The translations under genes and the position numbers were made by a program. A DNA stretch of 64,000 nucleotides from a virus. Positions 39,582 through 49,360 of the stretch are shown piece after piece (within the stretch, counting starts at the first letter, position 1; every line of letters begins with the position of its first letter). The notes beneath the pieces are model-generated. The model did no database searches and was not told the DNA's origin. It saw only the letters and a list, made by a program, of their open reading frames with translations. The DNA lies in IMG/VR virus record IMGVR_UViG_3300027749_000060, positions 32,001 through 96,000 of that record; one strand, 5' to 3'.

Positions 39582-42500
39582 GTGACTATACAATCCTGGA
39601 CTACTAATCCTCTTACATCATTATCATTGAGTGAAATCCAACGCGAGTTTGATGGAGTAAACCCGATTAGCATGAGTGAGTATCGTGCAACATCATCTGG
39701 ATACGTTAGTATTGGAAGAACTGGCTACCCATTTGGTGAGGAAGTAGAAATCCCTGGACTTGGGGTATCTATTTCAATTAGTAATTTTTACGGCGCAAGT
39801 TCTGTTCCGTATGCTATATATCCACAAAAAGTTTCGTTCAATGAGGGCGAAACAATGACATTTACTATCACAGCTCCAGTTACAAACGGAACAAAATTAT
39901 ACTGGACCTTTGATGATACAACAGTGAATATTCTCGTATCGCCAACTGTGTTCGATGCTGGATATAAAGATGTAGCGTATCAGACTCAGTTGTCGGCCAC
40001 TGGCGGTGTTGGTAATTACACATACCGCATTGGAAGAGGCTCACTGCCGTCTGGCCTAACATTGTTTTCTGGAAATGGTTTAATATCGGGTACTCCAACA
40101 GTTGTAGAAAGTAAAACTTTCCTGGTTAATACATCTGACACTGAATTTAATTCAAATGCATTTTTATATACCATAAGAATTGACGAGGTATTAATTTCTA
40201 TAACACCAACTAGCTTTACTCCTGTTAATAAAAATGTACCGTTTACGTATTCTGTTAATGTATCAGGGGGCGCAACACCATATATAATTACTCTGGATAG
40301 TGGATCTTTGCCACAGGGAGTCTCGTTAACACCAATGACGGATACCAGGGCCGATTTAGGAGGAATTGCAAGCATTCCGGGCACATACAATTTTGTAATC
40401 AAAGCAGTTGACCAAAATGGTGCATCTAAAACTCGCTCATACGCTTTTGCTGTAAATGAGGTTGGTATTAGTATTAATCCAACATCATTATCACCTGCGG
40501 TTGTTAATACTCCTTATAGTCAAATTGCATACGCTACCGGTGGTACAAGTCCTTACACATATACACTGAATCTTGGCTCAACATTACCTGCTGGGTTAAC
40601 ACTATCGGGTAATACAGGATTAATAAGTGGATCTCCTACAATGCCGGGGGTATCATCGTTTACAATAAGAGCAACAGATTTTAATACAAATTATGGTACC
40701 AGAGCATATACATTAACCGTCGGTGCGTCGAGTGTAGTGGTATTACCCGGAGCAATTCCTAATGTATATAAAAATGTGCCATTTAACATTAACATAACCG
40801 GTGCAGGCGGCAGCTCACCGTATGCTTATTCTATCATATATGGGTCTTTACCAACTGGGTTGACTTTCTTCAACGCCAATGGTTATGTAACAGGAACGCC
40901 GACGGTGACTGGGACTTACGTGTTTGAAATAAAAACTATTGATGCAGTTACAAACTTCGCTACTAGACGTTACACAGTAATGTGTGTACAAGTTGTATTA
41001 ATTTTTGATCCACCGTTCTTGCCGAGAGCTAAAACAAATGTAAACTATACTCAACCTTTAATTGTATCCGGTGGCCAATCACCATATTCTTTTGCTGTTA
41101 CCAGCGGGGCATTGCCTAGTGGTGTGTCATTGAGTTCTAGCGGAATTATTGTTGGTGTTCCGTCTGCACCAGTTACTGTTAACTCGTTTACAGTAACAGT
41201 AACTGATTATAATGGTAATACTGGTACTAAAGTTTATGCATTATTGGTAGACCCTGTAGAAATAATTGTTTTACCGGCAATTTTAAACGACGGTCTTACT
41301 TCTATACCTTATTCAATGAGTTTAGCATCGTCGGGCGGAACTGCTCCTTACACTTATACATTGGTATCTGGCACGCTGCCACCTGGCATTACATTGTCAA
41401 GTGCTGGAGTATTGTCTGGTACACCAACAGTAGTTGATTTATACAATTTTACTATAAGATCGTCAGACATAAACACCAATTCAATACAAAAAGCATATTC
41501 TTTAGCAATTTTAACTAATCAATGGTCGTTGTCGTTAATTGGTTACAGTGAAGGTGCAGTGTCTGGTTCACCAATTACAGTCACCGAAGGATCAGCGTTA
41601 ACATATATAATTAATTGGCCTACTAATATTCCTGAAGCGGCACAATCCCAATTGAGAATAGTTGGTCCTAAATTGACAGATGCATCAGACGTTGATTTAG
41701 AAACAATTGATGTATACACCGGTGTATACAATTACGACGTTGGGTTCAGCAATGAATATAACATAACCGGAGCAGCATTAAATTTAGCAAAATCAATTGG
41801 TAGTAGTTTTTATCTGTCCAATAATTCCTTCTTTACGTCAGACGGAATTAGATATGGCCTTTACAGGAAACCAGATGCCAATGGACTGCGTTACTGGGTT
41901 AAATATGCACAAGACAACAATTTAGCTGTAAGCGACCAAGCCTTTATTGATGCTTTCTTTTTAAAAGCGTCACTAGGTACAGGTGCTCCTGGAACAATAC
42001 AGGATGGTACAAGATGTTTAAACAACACAAAGTCTTTGTCAGTTGGGTATTATGAAGGTACTGACTTTTTTGACAGACCTAATACAATTGGAAGAGCCGG
42101 TATTGCTAGTATACATATAGTTGCAGATCAATTATTGGAAGGTGCTGAATCTTTTAATGTTAAATTATTCTATAATAGTGCAGTAGTTTCTACATGGGGT
42201 GGGGTAAATGTAACAGATACATCAACTCCGCCACCACCTAGTATTATATTAAGTAACATTGCAACCACTGGTGAAAGAGGTGTTTTGTACGACAGTACCA
42301 TTTCTGCAACAGGCGGCGCAAGTCCGTACACATTAACATTCACCGGCGGTGTAATACCCAATGGTCTTACACTTGGCCCCACTGGTAATTTATTTGGCCG
42401 ACCGTCTAGTACAGGAACTTTTAGTTTTACTATACAAGCAATAGATTCAGAAAATTACTCGGTGTCTAGAACTTATAGCATTTCAATCAGTGGAAAAACT

Positions 42501-43265
42501 TTGATACTAACTCCAAGTTCGTTACCTGATTTTTATCTAGTAGGTCCAAGTTTGTCACCGTATTATAATTCACAGTTAAGTACCACAGGCGGCATAGGCA
42601 ATTATACATATCAAGTTGTTGCAGGAACGCTACCATATAACTTAACATTATCAGAACTGGGATTGATAACACCAAATGCCAATCCAGGTGTTGCTGCTAC
42701 TTATACATTCACTATCAGATCAAGTGACTCGTATGGTAATTCAATTGATAAACAATATTCTATTGTTGACCATGAAACAACAAATGTACCGCCACCACCA
42801 CCTCCTCCCACGCCTGGGCCAACGCCTCCGTATTATCCACCGTCTCCGTACACACCTGGCAACAGATTAACAATTGACGGGTCGGTTAGATTAAGTGCGG
42901 CATTTACTTATGTCAATGAGTCGGGTGTGGCGCCCAGAGTTGGTATATATTGGACAGCTGGGCATAACACAATACCTTATACATATCGCATTGTAAATCC
43001 ACCAAGCGAAATTACATGGACTATATCACAGGGAAATTTACCTCCAGGATATGAATTAATACCGTCGGGATTTGGGTCAGTTGTGATACAAGGAGTAGCA
43101 AATACAACAACATATTGTCAATATGGTGATTGTACTCCTGGTAACTTAGTATACAGTCCCAATAACCCTCCTACGTTTACTATAAGAGCAACAGCCGCCA
43201 ATGGTGATTATGGAACTCTAATAGACGGAATATTTGTGTTTAAAACCAACGGATTTCCTTCTTAA
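39582..43265 (+). CDS. Ig-repeat (He_PIG/Calx-beta-like) adhesin 1
   Basis: N-terminal SLSEIQREF..NPISMSEY...ISISNFYG motif; many GGxxPYTY...G.LP.GL.L...G.ISGTPT repeats. Confidence 0.75.
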   Translation: MTIQSWTTNPLTSLSLSEIQREFDGVNPISMSEYRATSSGYVSIGRTGYPFGEEVEIPGLGVSISISNFYGASSVPYAIYPQKVSFNEGETMTFTITAPVTNGTKLYWTFDDTTVNILVSPTVFDAGYKDVAYQTQLSATGGVGNYTYRIGRGSLPSGLTLFSGNGLISGTPTVVESKTFLVNTSDTEFNSNAFLYTIRIDEVLISITPTSFTPVNKNVPFTYSVNVSGGATPYIITLDSGSLPQGVSLTPMTDTRADLGGIASIPGTYNFVIKAVDQNGASKTRSYAFAVNEVGISINPTSLSPAVVNTPYSQIAYATGGTSPYTYTLNLGSTLPAGLTLSGNTGLISGSPTMPGVSSFTIRATDFNTNYGTRAYTLTVGASSVVVLPGAIPNVYKNVPFNINITGAGGSSPYAYSIIYGSLPTGLTFFNANGYVTGTPTVTGTYVFEIKTIDAVTNFATRRYTVMCVQVVLIFDPPFLPRAKTNVNYTQPLIVSGGQSPYSFAVTSGALPSGVSLSSSGIIVGVPSAPVTVNSFTVTVTDYNGNTGTKVYALLVDPVEIIVLPAILNDGLTSIPYSMSLASSGGTAPYTYTLVSGTLPPGITLSSAGVLSGTPTVVDLYNFTIRSSDINTNSIQKAYSLAILTNQWSLSLIGYSEGAVSGSPITVTEGSALTYIINWPTNIPEAAQSQLRIVGPKLTDASDVDLETIDVYTGVYNYDVGFSNEYNITGAALNLAKSIGSSFYLSNNSFFTSDGIRYGLYRKPDANGLRYWVKYAQDNNLAVSDQAFIDAFFLKASLGTGAPGTIQDGTRCLNNTKSLSVGYYEGTDFFDRPNTIGRAGIASIHIVADQLLEGAESFNVKLFYNSAVVSTWGGVNVTDTSTPPPPSIILSNIATTGERGVLYDSTISATGGASPYTLTFTGGVIPNGLTLGPTGNLFGRPSSTGTFSFTIQAIDSENYSVSRTYSISISGKTLILTPSSLPDFYLVGPSLSPYYNSQLSTTGGIGNYTYQVVAGTLPYNLTLSELGLITPNANPGVAATYTFTIRSSDSYGNSIDKQYSIVDHETTNVPPPPPPPTPGPTPPYYPPSPYTPGNRLTIDGSVRLSAAFTYVNESGVAPRVGIYWTAGHNTIPYTYRIVNPPSEITWTISQGNLPPGYELIPSGFGSVVIQGVANTTTYCQYGDCTPGNLVYSPNNPPTFTIRATAANGDYGTLIDGIFVFKTNGFPS

Positions 43266-43278
43266 TAAATAATTGATT

Positions 43279-46200
43279 ATGACCATTAAAGTATCAGACT
43301 TCGCATCTAGCTCGCTATCGGGGAATGTAGTTTTAACTACTAAAACGGCTACATTTAGTACCACCATAACCGCAGACGGTTTGCCCGAAGGCGCTGCAAA
43401 GATAATTGCTAAACTTAGAAAAGATAGCGTAACTGGAACGGTGTTAGCAGCATCTGATACTATTTTAATTAATGATACTAGCCAGTCCGGAACTGGCGTT
43501 GCTATTACTGTATTGCCTTTTACACTAATTCAACCAATTAGTAATATTGCATATTCAAGACAATTGACAGCCACTGGTGGCACTGCTCCGTACCAATTTT
43601 CTTATAGTGGGAATTTGCCCACTGGATTAGATTTGTTACCAAACGGTATTTTAACAGGAATACCCAAAGAAGTTGGAGTATTTAATTTTACAGTCAGAGC
43701 CACTGATATCAACACAGACTTTGGTACAACTTATTATCAATTGGCTGTTACTGGTCCTGGTATATATTTGGCACCTTTGACAATACTTGAAGGCTATACA
43801 AATATATTTTATCAAACAACGTTTACAGCTACCGGCGGACTTGCTCCTTATTATTTTACTATATCTCAAGGTGCATTACCAACAGGAATAGAATTAGCAC
43901 CAAGCGGATCGTGTGAAGGAAAAACTTCAGCAGCAGGACCTGTTGCCATAGTAGTGACAGCAACTGATTCCAATGGTAACTCGGGATCTAAATCTTATAT
44001 ACTTACAATAAATCGTATTACTATAAATGTAAATCCAGTTACTTTACCGCCAGCATTTAAAAAATTACCATACTCTCAAAATATCACCGGAACTGGCGGA
44101 TCAACTCCCTACACCTGGTCGGTGATAAGCCAGAATACTTTTCAAACTGGAATATTATTAAACCCTGATAACGGAACATTATCGGGTACTTCTGTTGCTG
44201 TAGGAAGTAAATCTTTAACTGTGCAAATTACAGATAAAAATGGAAACTATGGTACCAGAGATTACACATTTTTAGTTAATGATGTAGTCATTTATATTAC
44301 TCCTAATACGGCTGTATTAGCCAATATACAACTAAATTCAAGATATAGCCAGGTAATAACAGCCACTGGTGGTGCAGCATTGATCAATACAGCACCGTCG
44401 TACTCATGGGTTGTGTTCAGTGGTACTTTACCACCCGGAATAACATTCAACGGAGTTAGTGCTACTCTAGCCGGAAGGCCAACTGAAATTGGTAATTATT
44501 CGTTTGCAATACAAGCAACCGATGGATATCAAAATAGCGGAACAAGATCGTATCTGTTTAGTGTATTAGCAGTTACGATTACATTGTCTCCAAATGAATT
44601 AGGCATTGTTACTATTGGTGATTTATATACACAGGTAATTAGTGCAACAGGCGGAGAAGCGCCGTATACTTTTGCGGTAACCGCAGGAACATTACCATCG
44701 GGTTTGACATTAAATACAAATGGAACACTATCGGGCACTACTTATATAACCTTAGAACGTTTGATTACTATCAGAGCAACTGATATAAATGGAAATTCTG
44801 GATCTAAACAATATAAAATAACAGTTGCATCTGACCATTGGATAATAAATTTAAAAAATGTCAACAGTGTTTCTTTAGAAGCATACACAGCCGCCGAATC
44901 GTCAAATAACCCTGGCAGTATTAATACAATTAACGAAAATGAATATGCAACTAGGGTAGTAGTCTCATCAAGATATTCAGTTGGAAATGAAACTTTATAT
45001 TGGAACATAGCTCAGGCCCCTGGGATAGATGCACACCCAGTGGGCAGCGATTTTGGAATTATTACAGCAAGCACAGTTACTAAAGCCATATACGATTACG
45101 ACACTCGTTTCGCTAATGAGTTTTCTTTTAATGCCGGGCAAATAACGTTAGCTAAATGGATAGCAACAAATCTATATCAGTCAAATACCTCATATAATAC
45201 AGATACTGGTACAAAATACGGATTATTTAGAAAACCCGATGCAGCTGGATTGGCTGGTTGGGTTAGAGGTGCTACCGCTAATAACTGGGGTGTAGGAAAC
45301 ACAAGTTTAATTAATCAGTTCTTTAGAGGGGCAAGCACAGAAATGGACTATGCCAGATCATTAACATCTAATAAAACATTTTTACCTGACATAAATCAGT
45401 CTGGGACTTATTTCTACGACAGACCCGACAGCGTTGGTGGTACAATTATTACATTTAATCCTTATACTTACACAAACGGATACAGCCAAGAGTTTAATGT
45501 AGTAGGAGCTGATCTGACATTAGCTCAATGGATTGGCGCTAATTTATACGCATCAAACAGTCAGTTTACTACAAATTTAACCCCAGCAATACGATACGGA
45601 TTATTCAGGAATCCTGATCTACTGGGATTAAACTCTTGGGTTAATAGAGCAAAAGCAATGAGTTGGGGCATCAATGATGCAAATTTAATAAATGAATTTT
45701 TTACCGGCGCATCAATAAATGTACTTGACGGCCCCAGATCACTAACAAACAAAAAAGATTTTATACCCGGACATTCCCCCGGCGATGTGTTTTATGATAG
45801 ACCAAATAAAACCGGTCTACTTGGGATTTCAGCAGTTGCAGATAATCTCACCGAAGGTCCGGAACAGTTCATTGTAGAAATAAGACAAAACAGTTTAACT
45901 GGACCGGTTGTTGCAACGACCGATAATATTACTATTGCTGATAATAGTACAGCTAGCGCGACCACTTATAATAATAACGCGGTTGGATTCAGAAATTTCA
46001 TCTATAGAGTAAGCGAAGGCGACACAATGAATTTTGAAGTGTTGGCACCCGGTAATGTGTCAACCGCTGACTTAGCAGTTAAATTAACTCAAATAGTAGT
46101 ATCTACACCGTCTACTGCCAGCCCACCGGATTTTGTTGTAAGTACAAAAACTGTCCCAATGGTTGGAAGAGTAGGAACAGCCAGTTTGACAGTGGTAGCA

Positions 46201-49167
46201 GACATGATAACCGAAGGCGAAGAATATGTTACTATTGCGGTGGTATATGATGCCTTACAACGATCTTCGTTGGAAGGACCAGTGCTAATTGCTGATACGT
46301 CAAAGGTAACATATGATTTTGTTAACACACCTGCTGCCGTTAACGAAGGAAGTGTAGGGACTTTTACTATTAACACCACGGGAGTTTCTGATGGTACAAG
46401 ATTATACTGGCGTATTAATCATATAACTACACAACCAGCAGATTTCTTTTATGCAGCATCAAAATTTGATGTGTTGTATGCATTTGCATCTAATCCCATT
46501 GCACCTCTTAAACCATCATCTGATGCAGTCATTGAGTATTGGATGACAAATGGATTAACAGCATTTAACTACTTTATACTAACAACAAGAACTAAAAGTC
46601 CTGCTGTTGCACAACAAATTGATGCAGATCGAATTGCAGATGCAATAGGCACTACCGGACAACCTATACTAGCTACACGAGCTGCGGTGTTGGCTGCTTA
46701 TTATGATTATAGTCAGGCTCCAATGTTTCCAATTGAAAGCGATATCAGATATTGGATGACTTACGGATTGGGGGTAAACAATGCTACATTTATAGCTTCA
46801 ATCCAATCTGCAAACTCTGCCAACCCTGCACTGCAACTGGCAAATCAACAGCAAAGAGCAGACCTAATAGGCAGAAATACACGTTGGGAAGTGTTGTATG
46901 CATTTGCCGGTTGTGCATATGCACCTTTGGTTCCAACTGAGGCGGAAATAGCCGACTGGAGATGCAGGGGATTACTTGGATTCCAGCAAAATATGTCATC
47001 TCGATATCGTGGCGCAAGAGCATCTACAATTTTAGCTCAAAGAAATGCAGATGAATTACTACCTGGGGTACTAGCGGGGCAATATGTTCTTAATTCAAGA
47101 TCGGCTGTGTTAGCAGCATATCAAGACAATCCTGATACACAACCGTTTCCGAGTGAAGTTGAAATAAGGTATTGGATGGAACACGGATTGGGAACCAATA
47201 AGACAACATTTAGTAGTGCAGTTCAAACATACAATCAGCAAAACCCAACTGCTTATGCTCAAAATTTAGCAACTAGGGCACAAATAGCAAAAGATAATTC
47301 AAGAGCATGTAGAGGTTCATTTTTAGTTCAAGGCGACGTTGGCACATTTGGTATTAGAGCCAGGGCCGATTTATTAGCTGAAACTAGCCAACAATTTACA
47401 ATAAGTTTAAGTACATCTGAAAATAGTGAACCGGTTGCAACAACTAGTATTGTTACTATAACAGATACTAGTATAGAAATATATTCAACAGTACCAGTGG
47501 ACTACGGTGGTGTGCAATATTCTTACTCTAATTCTGCATCTGGATATACATGGTATACAGTAGGGTATGGTTATCCAATATTAATCGATTCCACCAGTTT
47601 AAATATAAATGGTGCAGGATCCCTGGGGTCTTCGCCGGGTGGTACATTTGTAGTTAGCGGCGGCATTGGTGCTGTTACACCAACATTAAATGGTGAGTCG
47701 CCTACTTTTACTATCAATAATCCAACTGGAAGAGGAACAATTTATCAAATTGTAGCAGAATATTTTATCAGATCAAATATGCCAATTACGTATGCTATAT
47801 ATCGAGTAGCATCTACTGGGGATATTCTAGTACAAGAAAATATAAGAACATTTGATAGGGTGTCCGGAATAGATGATGATAACTTTCCGTACAGTCGTTA
47901 CAACTATTGGCCGTTAACTCAAACTGGGTATGTTGTCATACCTAGTAATACCACATATACATTTAAAATAAAAATGTCTGGCACTAGCTATAATTCTATT
48001 CCTGCTGGAAGTGGGCTAACCTCTGGAACCACAGTTTATTGTGATCCAAGCGGACTACGCAGAATTACAGTTAATCCGGTTATGACAGATGCTCCGGGAT
48101 ATGCATTACCTTTCTATTGGGTACAAGGGTACTCGGATCAAAATTATATTCCGCCTTCTACATATTATGTATCTTTTAACTCCGTTGGCCAGCCAACTAT
48201 TACAATGAGCGAAGGTGATACTATTACTGTAATAATGACAGGATTTTATATAGTAAACGGTACATATACCTGGAATCTTTATCGTACTGGTGGAGGTGCT
48301 GTTAGCGGTAGTGACTTTAGTGCATCATCTGGGTCATTTACAATGACTAGCAATTATGGATCTTTTACGTTAACTGCACTATCGGATGCAGTTACAGAAG
48401 GAACATTAACATATTATGTGGATATTGTACTTGGCGGAACAGTGATAGTATCTTCTAGTACTATTGCACTTACAGTATTAGATACCAGCTTAACACCACC
48501 ACCACCATATTACCCACCACCACCATATTACCCACCACCACCATATTACCCACCGTACTATGCACCGTACTATGCACCATATGTTGATCCTGGCAGCCGT
48601 GGCGGCGGCCGTGGTGGTGATGGTGGAGTTGGAGTTGGAGTTGGAGACGGCGGCGTTGGCGGTGCAAAAGGCGGTCCTGAGGGCAGAGGCACAATCGGAG
48701 GTGACGGCGACGGAGGAACTGGTAGCGTTGGCGTTGCCCATGGCTTTGGAGACGGCGATGGCGGCGGCGATGGAGGTGGCGGAGGTGGTGGTGGAGGTGG
48801 TGGTGGTGGTGGAGGCGGACGTGTAATCTGTACGCATTTCTATCGTAAAGGTGAAATGGATCGTGATACATGGCGTGCCGATCTTGAGTTCACATTTAAC
48901 CACCTTAGCCCAACTACTGTTCGTGGTTATCAATTTTGGGGGATTCCGTATGTTAAGTTAATGCGTAGAAGCAAATTAGCAGAAGATATTATGAGACCAA
49001 TAGCTATTCATCGTGCCAAAGAGCTTGCTTATCAAATGGGTAAAAGTTCAAAAGGATCGCTATTTGGTAAAGTTGTGCGACTGATATTTGAACCTACATG
49101 TTTTGTAATAGGATTATTTGTAGGTGAACAAGATTGGAAGGCTCTATGGGGCCCAATGAAAGACTAA
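43279..49167 (+). CDS. Ig-repeat adhesin 2 with helical inserts, Pro/Gly linkers and a C-terminal RVICT domain
   Basis: He_PIG-like and Calx-like repeats; ATG 43279 lies 7 nt after TAAATA. Confidence 0.75.
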   Translation: MTIKVSDFASSSLSGNVVLTTKTATFSTTITADGLPEGAAKIIAKLRKDSVTGTVLAASDTILINDTSQSGTGVAITVLPFTLIQPISNIAYSRQLTATGGTAPYQFSYSGNLPTGLDLLPNGILTGIPKEVGVFNFTVRATDINTDFGTTYYQLAVTGPGIYLAPLTILEGYTNIFYQTTFTATGGLAPYYFTISQGALPTGIELAPSGSCEGKTSAAGPVAIVVTATDSNGNSGSKSYILTINRITINVNPVTLPPAFKKLPYSQNITGTGGSTPYTWSVISQNTFQTGILLNPDNGTLSGTSVAVGSKSLTVQITDKNGNYGTRDYTFLVNDVVIYITPNTAVLANIQLNSRYSQVITATGGAALINTAPSYSWVVFSGTLPPGITFNGVSATLAGRPTEIGNYSFAIQATDGYQNSGTRSYLFSVLAVTITLSPNELGIVTIGDLYTQVISATGGEAPYTFAVTAGTLPSGLTLNTNGTLSGTTYITLERLITIRATDINGNSGSKQYKITVASDHWIINLKNVNSVSLEAYTAAESSNNPGSINTINENEYATRVVVSSRYSVGNETLYWNIAQAPGIDAHPVGSDFGIITASTVTKAIYDYDTRFANEFSFNAGQITLAKWIATNLYQSNTSYNTDTGTKYGLFRKPDAAGLAGWVRGATANNWGVGNTSLINQFFRGASTEMDYARSLTSNKTFLPDINQSGTYFYDRPDSVGGTIITFNPYTYTNGYSQEFNVVGADLTLAQWIGANLYASNSQFTTNLTPAIRYGLFRNPDLLGLNSWVNRAKAMSWGINDANLINEFFTGASINVLDGPRSLTNKKDFIPGHSPGDVFYDRPNKTGLLGISAVADNLTEGPEQFIVEIRQNSLTGPVVATTDNITIADNSTASATTYNNNAVGFRNFIYRVSEGDTMNFEVLAPGNVSTADLAVKLTQIVVSTPSTASPPDFVVSTKTVPMVGRVGTASLTVVADMITEGEEYVTIAVVYDALQRSSLEGPVLIADTSKVTYDFVNTPAAVNEGSVGTFTINTTGVSDGTRLYWRINHITTQPADFFYAASKFDVLYAFASNPIAPLKPSSDAVIEYWMTNGLTAFNYFILTTRTKSPAVAQQIDADRIADAIGTTGQPILATRAAVLAAYYDYSQAPMFPIESDIRYWMTYGLGVNNATFIASIQSANSANPALQLANQQQRADLIGRNTRWEVLYAFAGCAYAPLVPTEAEIADWRCRGLLGFQQNMSSRYRGARASTILAQRNADELLPGVLAGQYVLNSRSAVLAAYQDNPDTQPFPSEVEIRYWMEHGLGTNKTTFSSAVQTYNQQNPTAYAQNLATRAQIAKDNSRACRGSFLVQGDVGTFGIRARADLLAETSQQFTISLSTSENSEPVATTSIVTITDTSIEIYSTVPVDYGGVQYSYSNSASGYTWYTVGYGYPILIDSTSLNINGAGSLGSSPGGTFVVSGGIGAVTPTLNGESPTFTINNPTGRGTIYQIVAEYFIRSNMPITYAIYRVASTGDILVQENIRTFDRVSGIDDDNFPYSRYNYWPLTQTGYVVIPSNTTYTFKIKMSGTSYNSIPAGSGLTSGTTVYCDPSGLRRITVNPVMTDAPGYALPFYWVQGYSDQNYIPPSTYYVSFNSVGQPTITMSEGDTITVIMTGFYIVNGTYTWNLYRTGGGAVSGSDFSASSGSFTMTSNYGSFTLTALSDAVTEGTLTYYVDIVLGGTVIVSSSTIALTVLDTSLTPPPPYYPPPPYYPPPPYYPPYYAPYYAPYVDPGSRGGGRGGDGGVGVGVGDGGVGGAKGGPEGRGTIGGDGDGGTGSVGVAHGFGDGDGGGDGGGGGGGGGGGGGGGGRVICTHFYRKGEMDRDTWRADLEFTFNHLSPTTVRGYQFWGIPYVKLMRRSKLAEDIMRPIAIHRAKELAYQMGKSSKGSLFGKVVRLIFEPTCFVIGLFVGEQDWKALWGPMKD
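48493..48583 (+). repeat. PPPYYP coding repeats, shared with 49700-49870 and weakly with 42789-42860
   Basis: Unit ccaccaccatattaccca repeated within and between genes. Confidence 0.85.
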
Positions 49168-49168
49168 T

Positions 49169-49354
49169 ATGATACATTTAAACGAATTAATTCCAGGATA
49201 CGAAAACTTGGAGACAAGAAATCAAATTATAAAGGACATAGATGACTATGCACTAAGTATCGAGTTTACTCAAGAAGAAGTAAATTCTATTCAGGACCCT
49301 AGAATGATTTTAATAGCATACGAAGCAATGATGTACAGAAGACTAAAAGGATAA
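49169..49354 (+). CDS. Small hypothetical protein
   Basis: 61-aa ORF tightly packed between adhesins 2 and 3. Confidence 0.55.
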   Translation: MIHLNELIPGYENLETRNQIIKDIDDYALSIEFTQEEVNSIQDPRMILIAYEAMMYRRLKG

Positions 49355-49360
49355 TATAAA

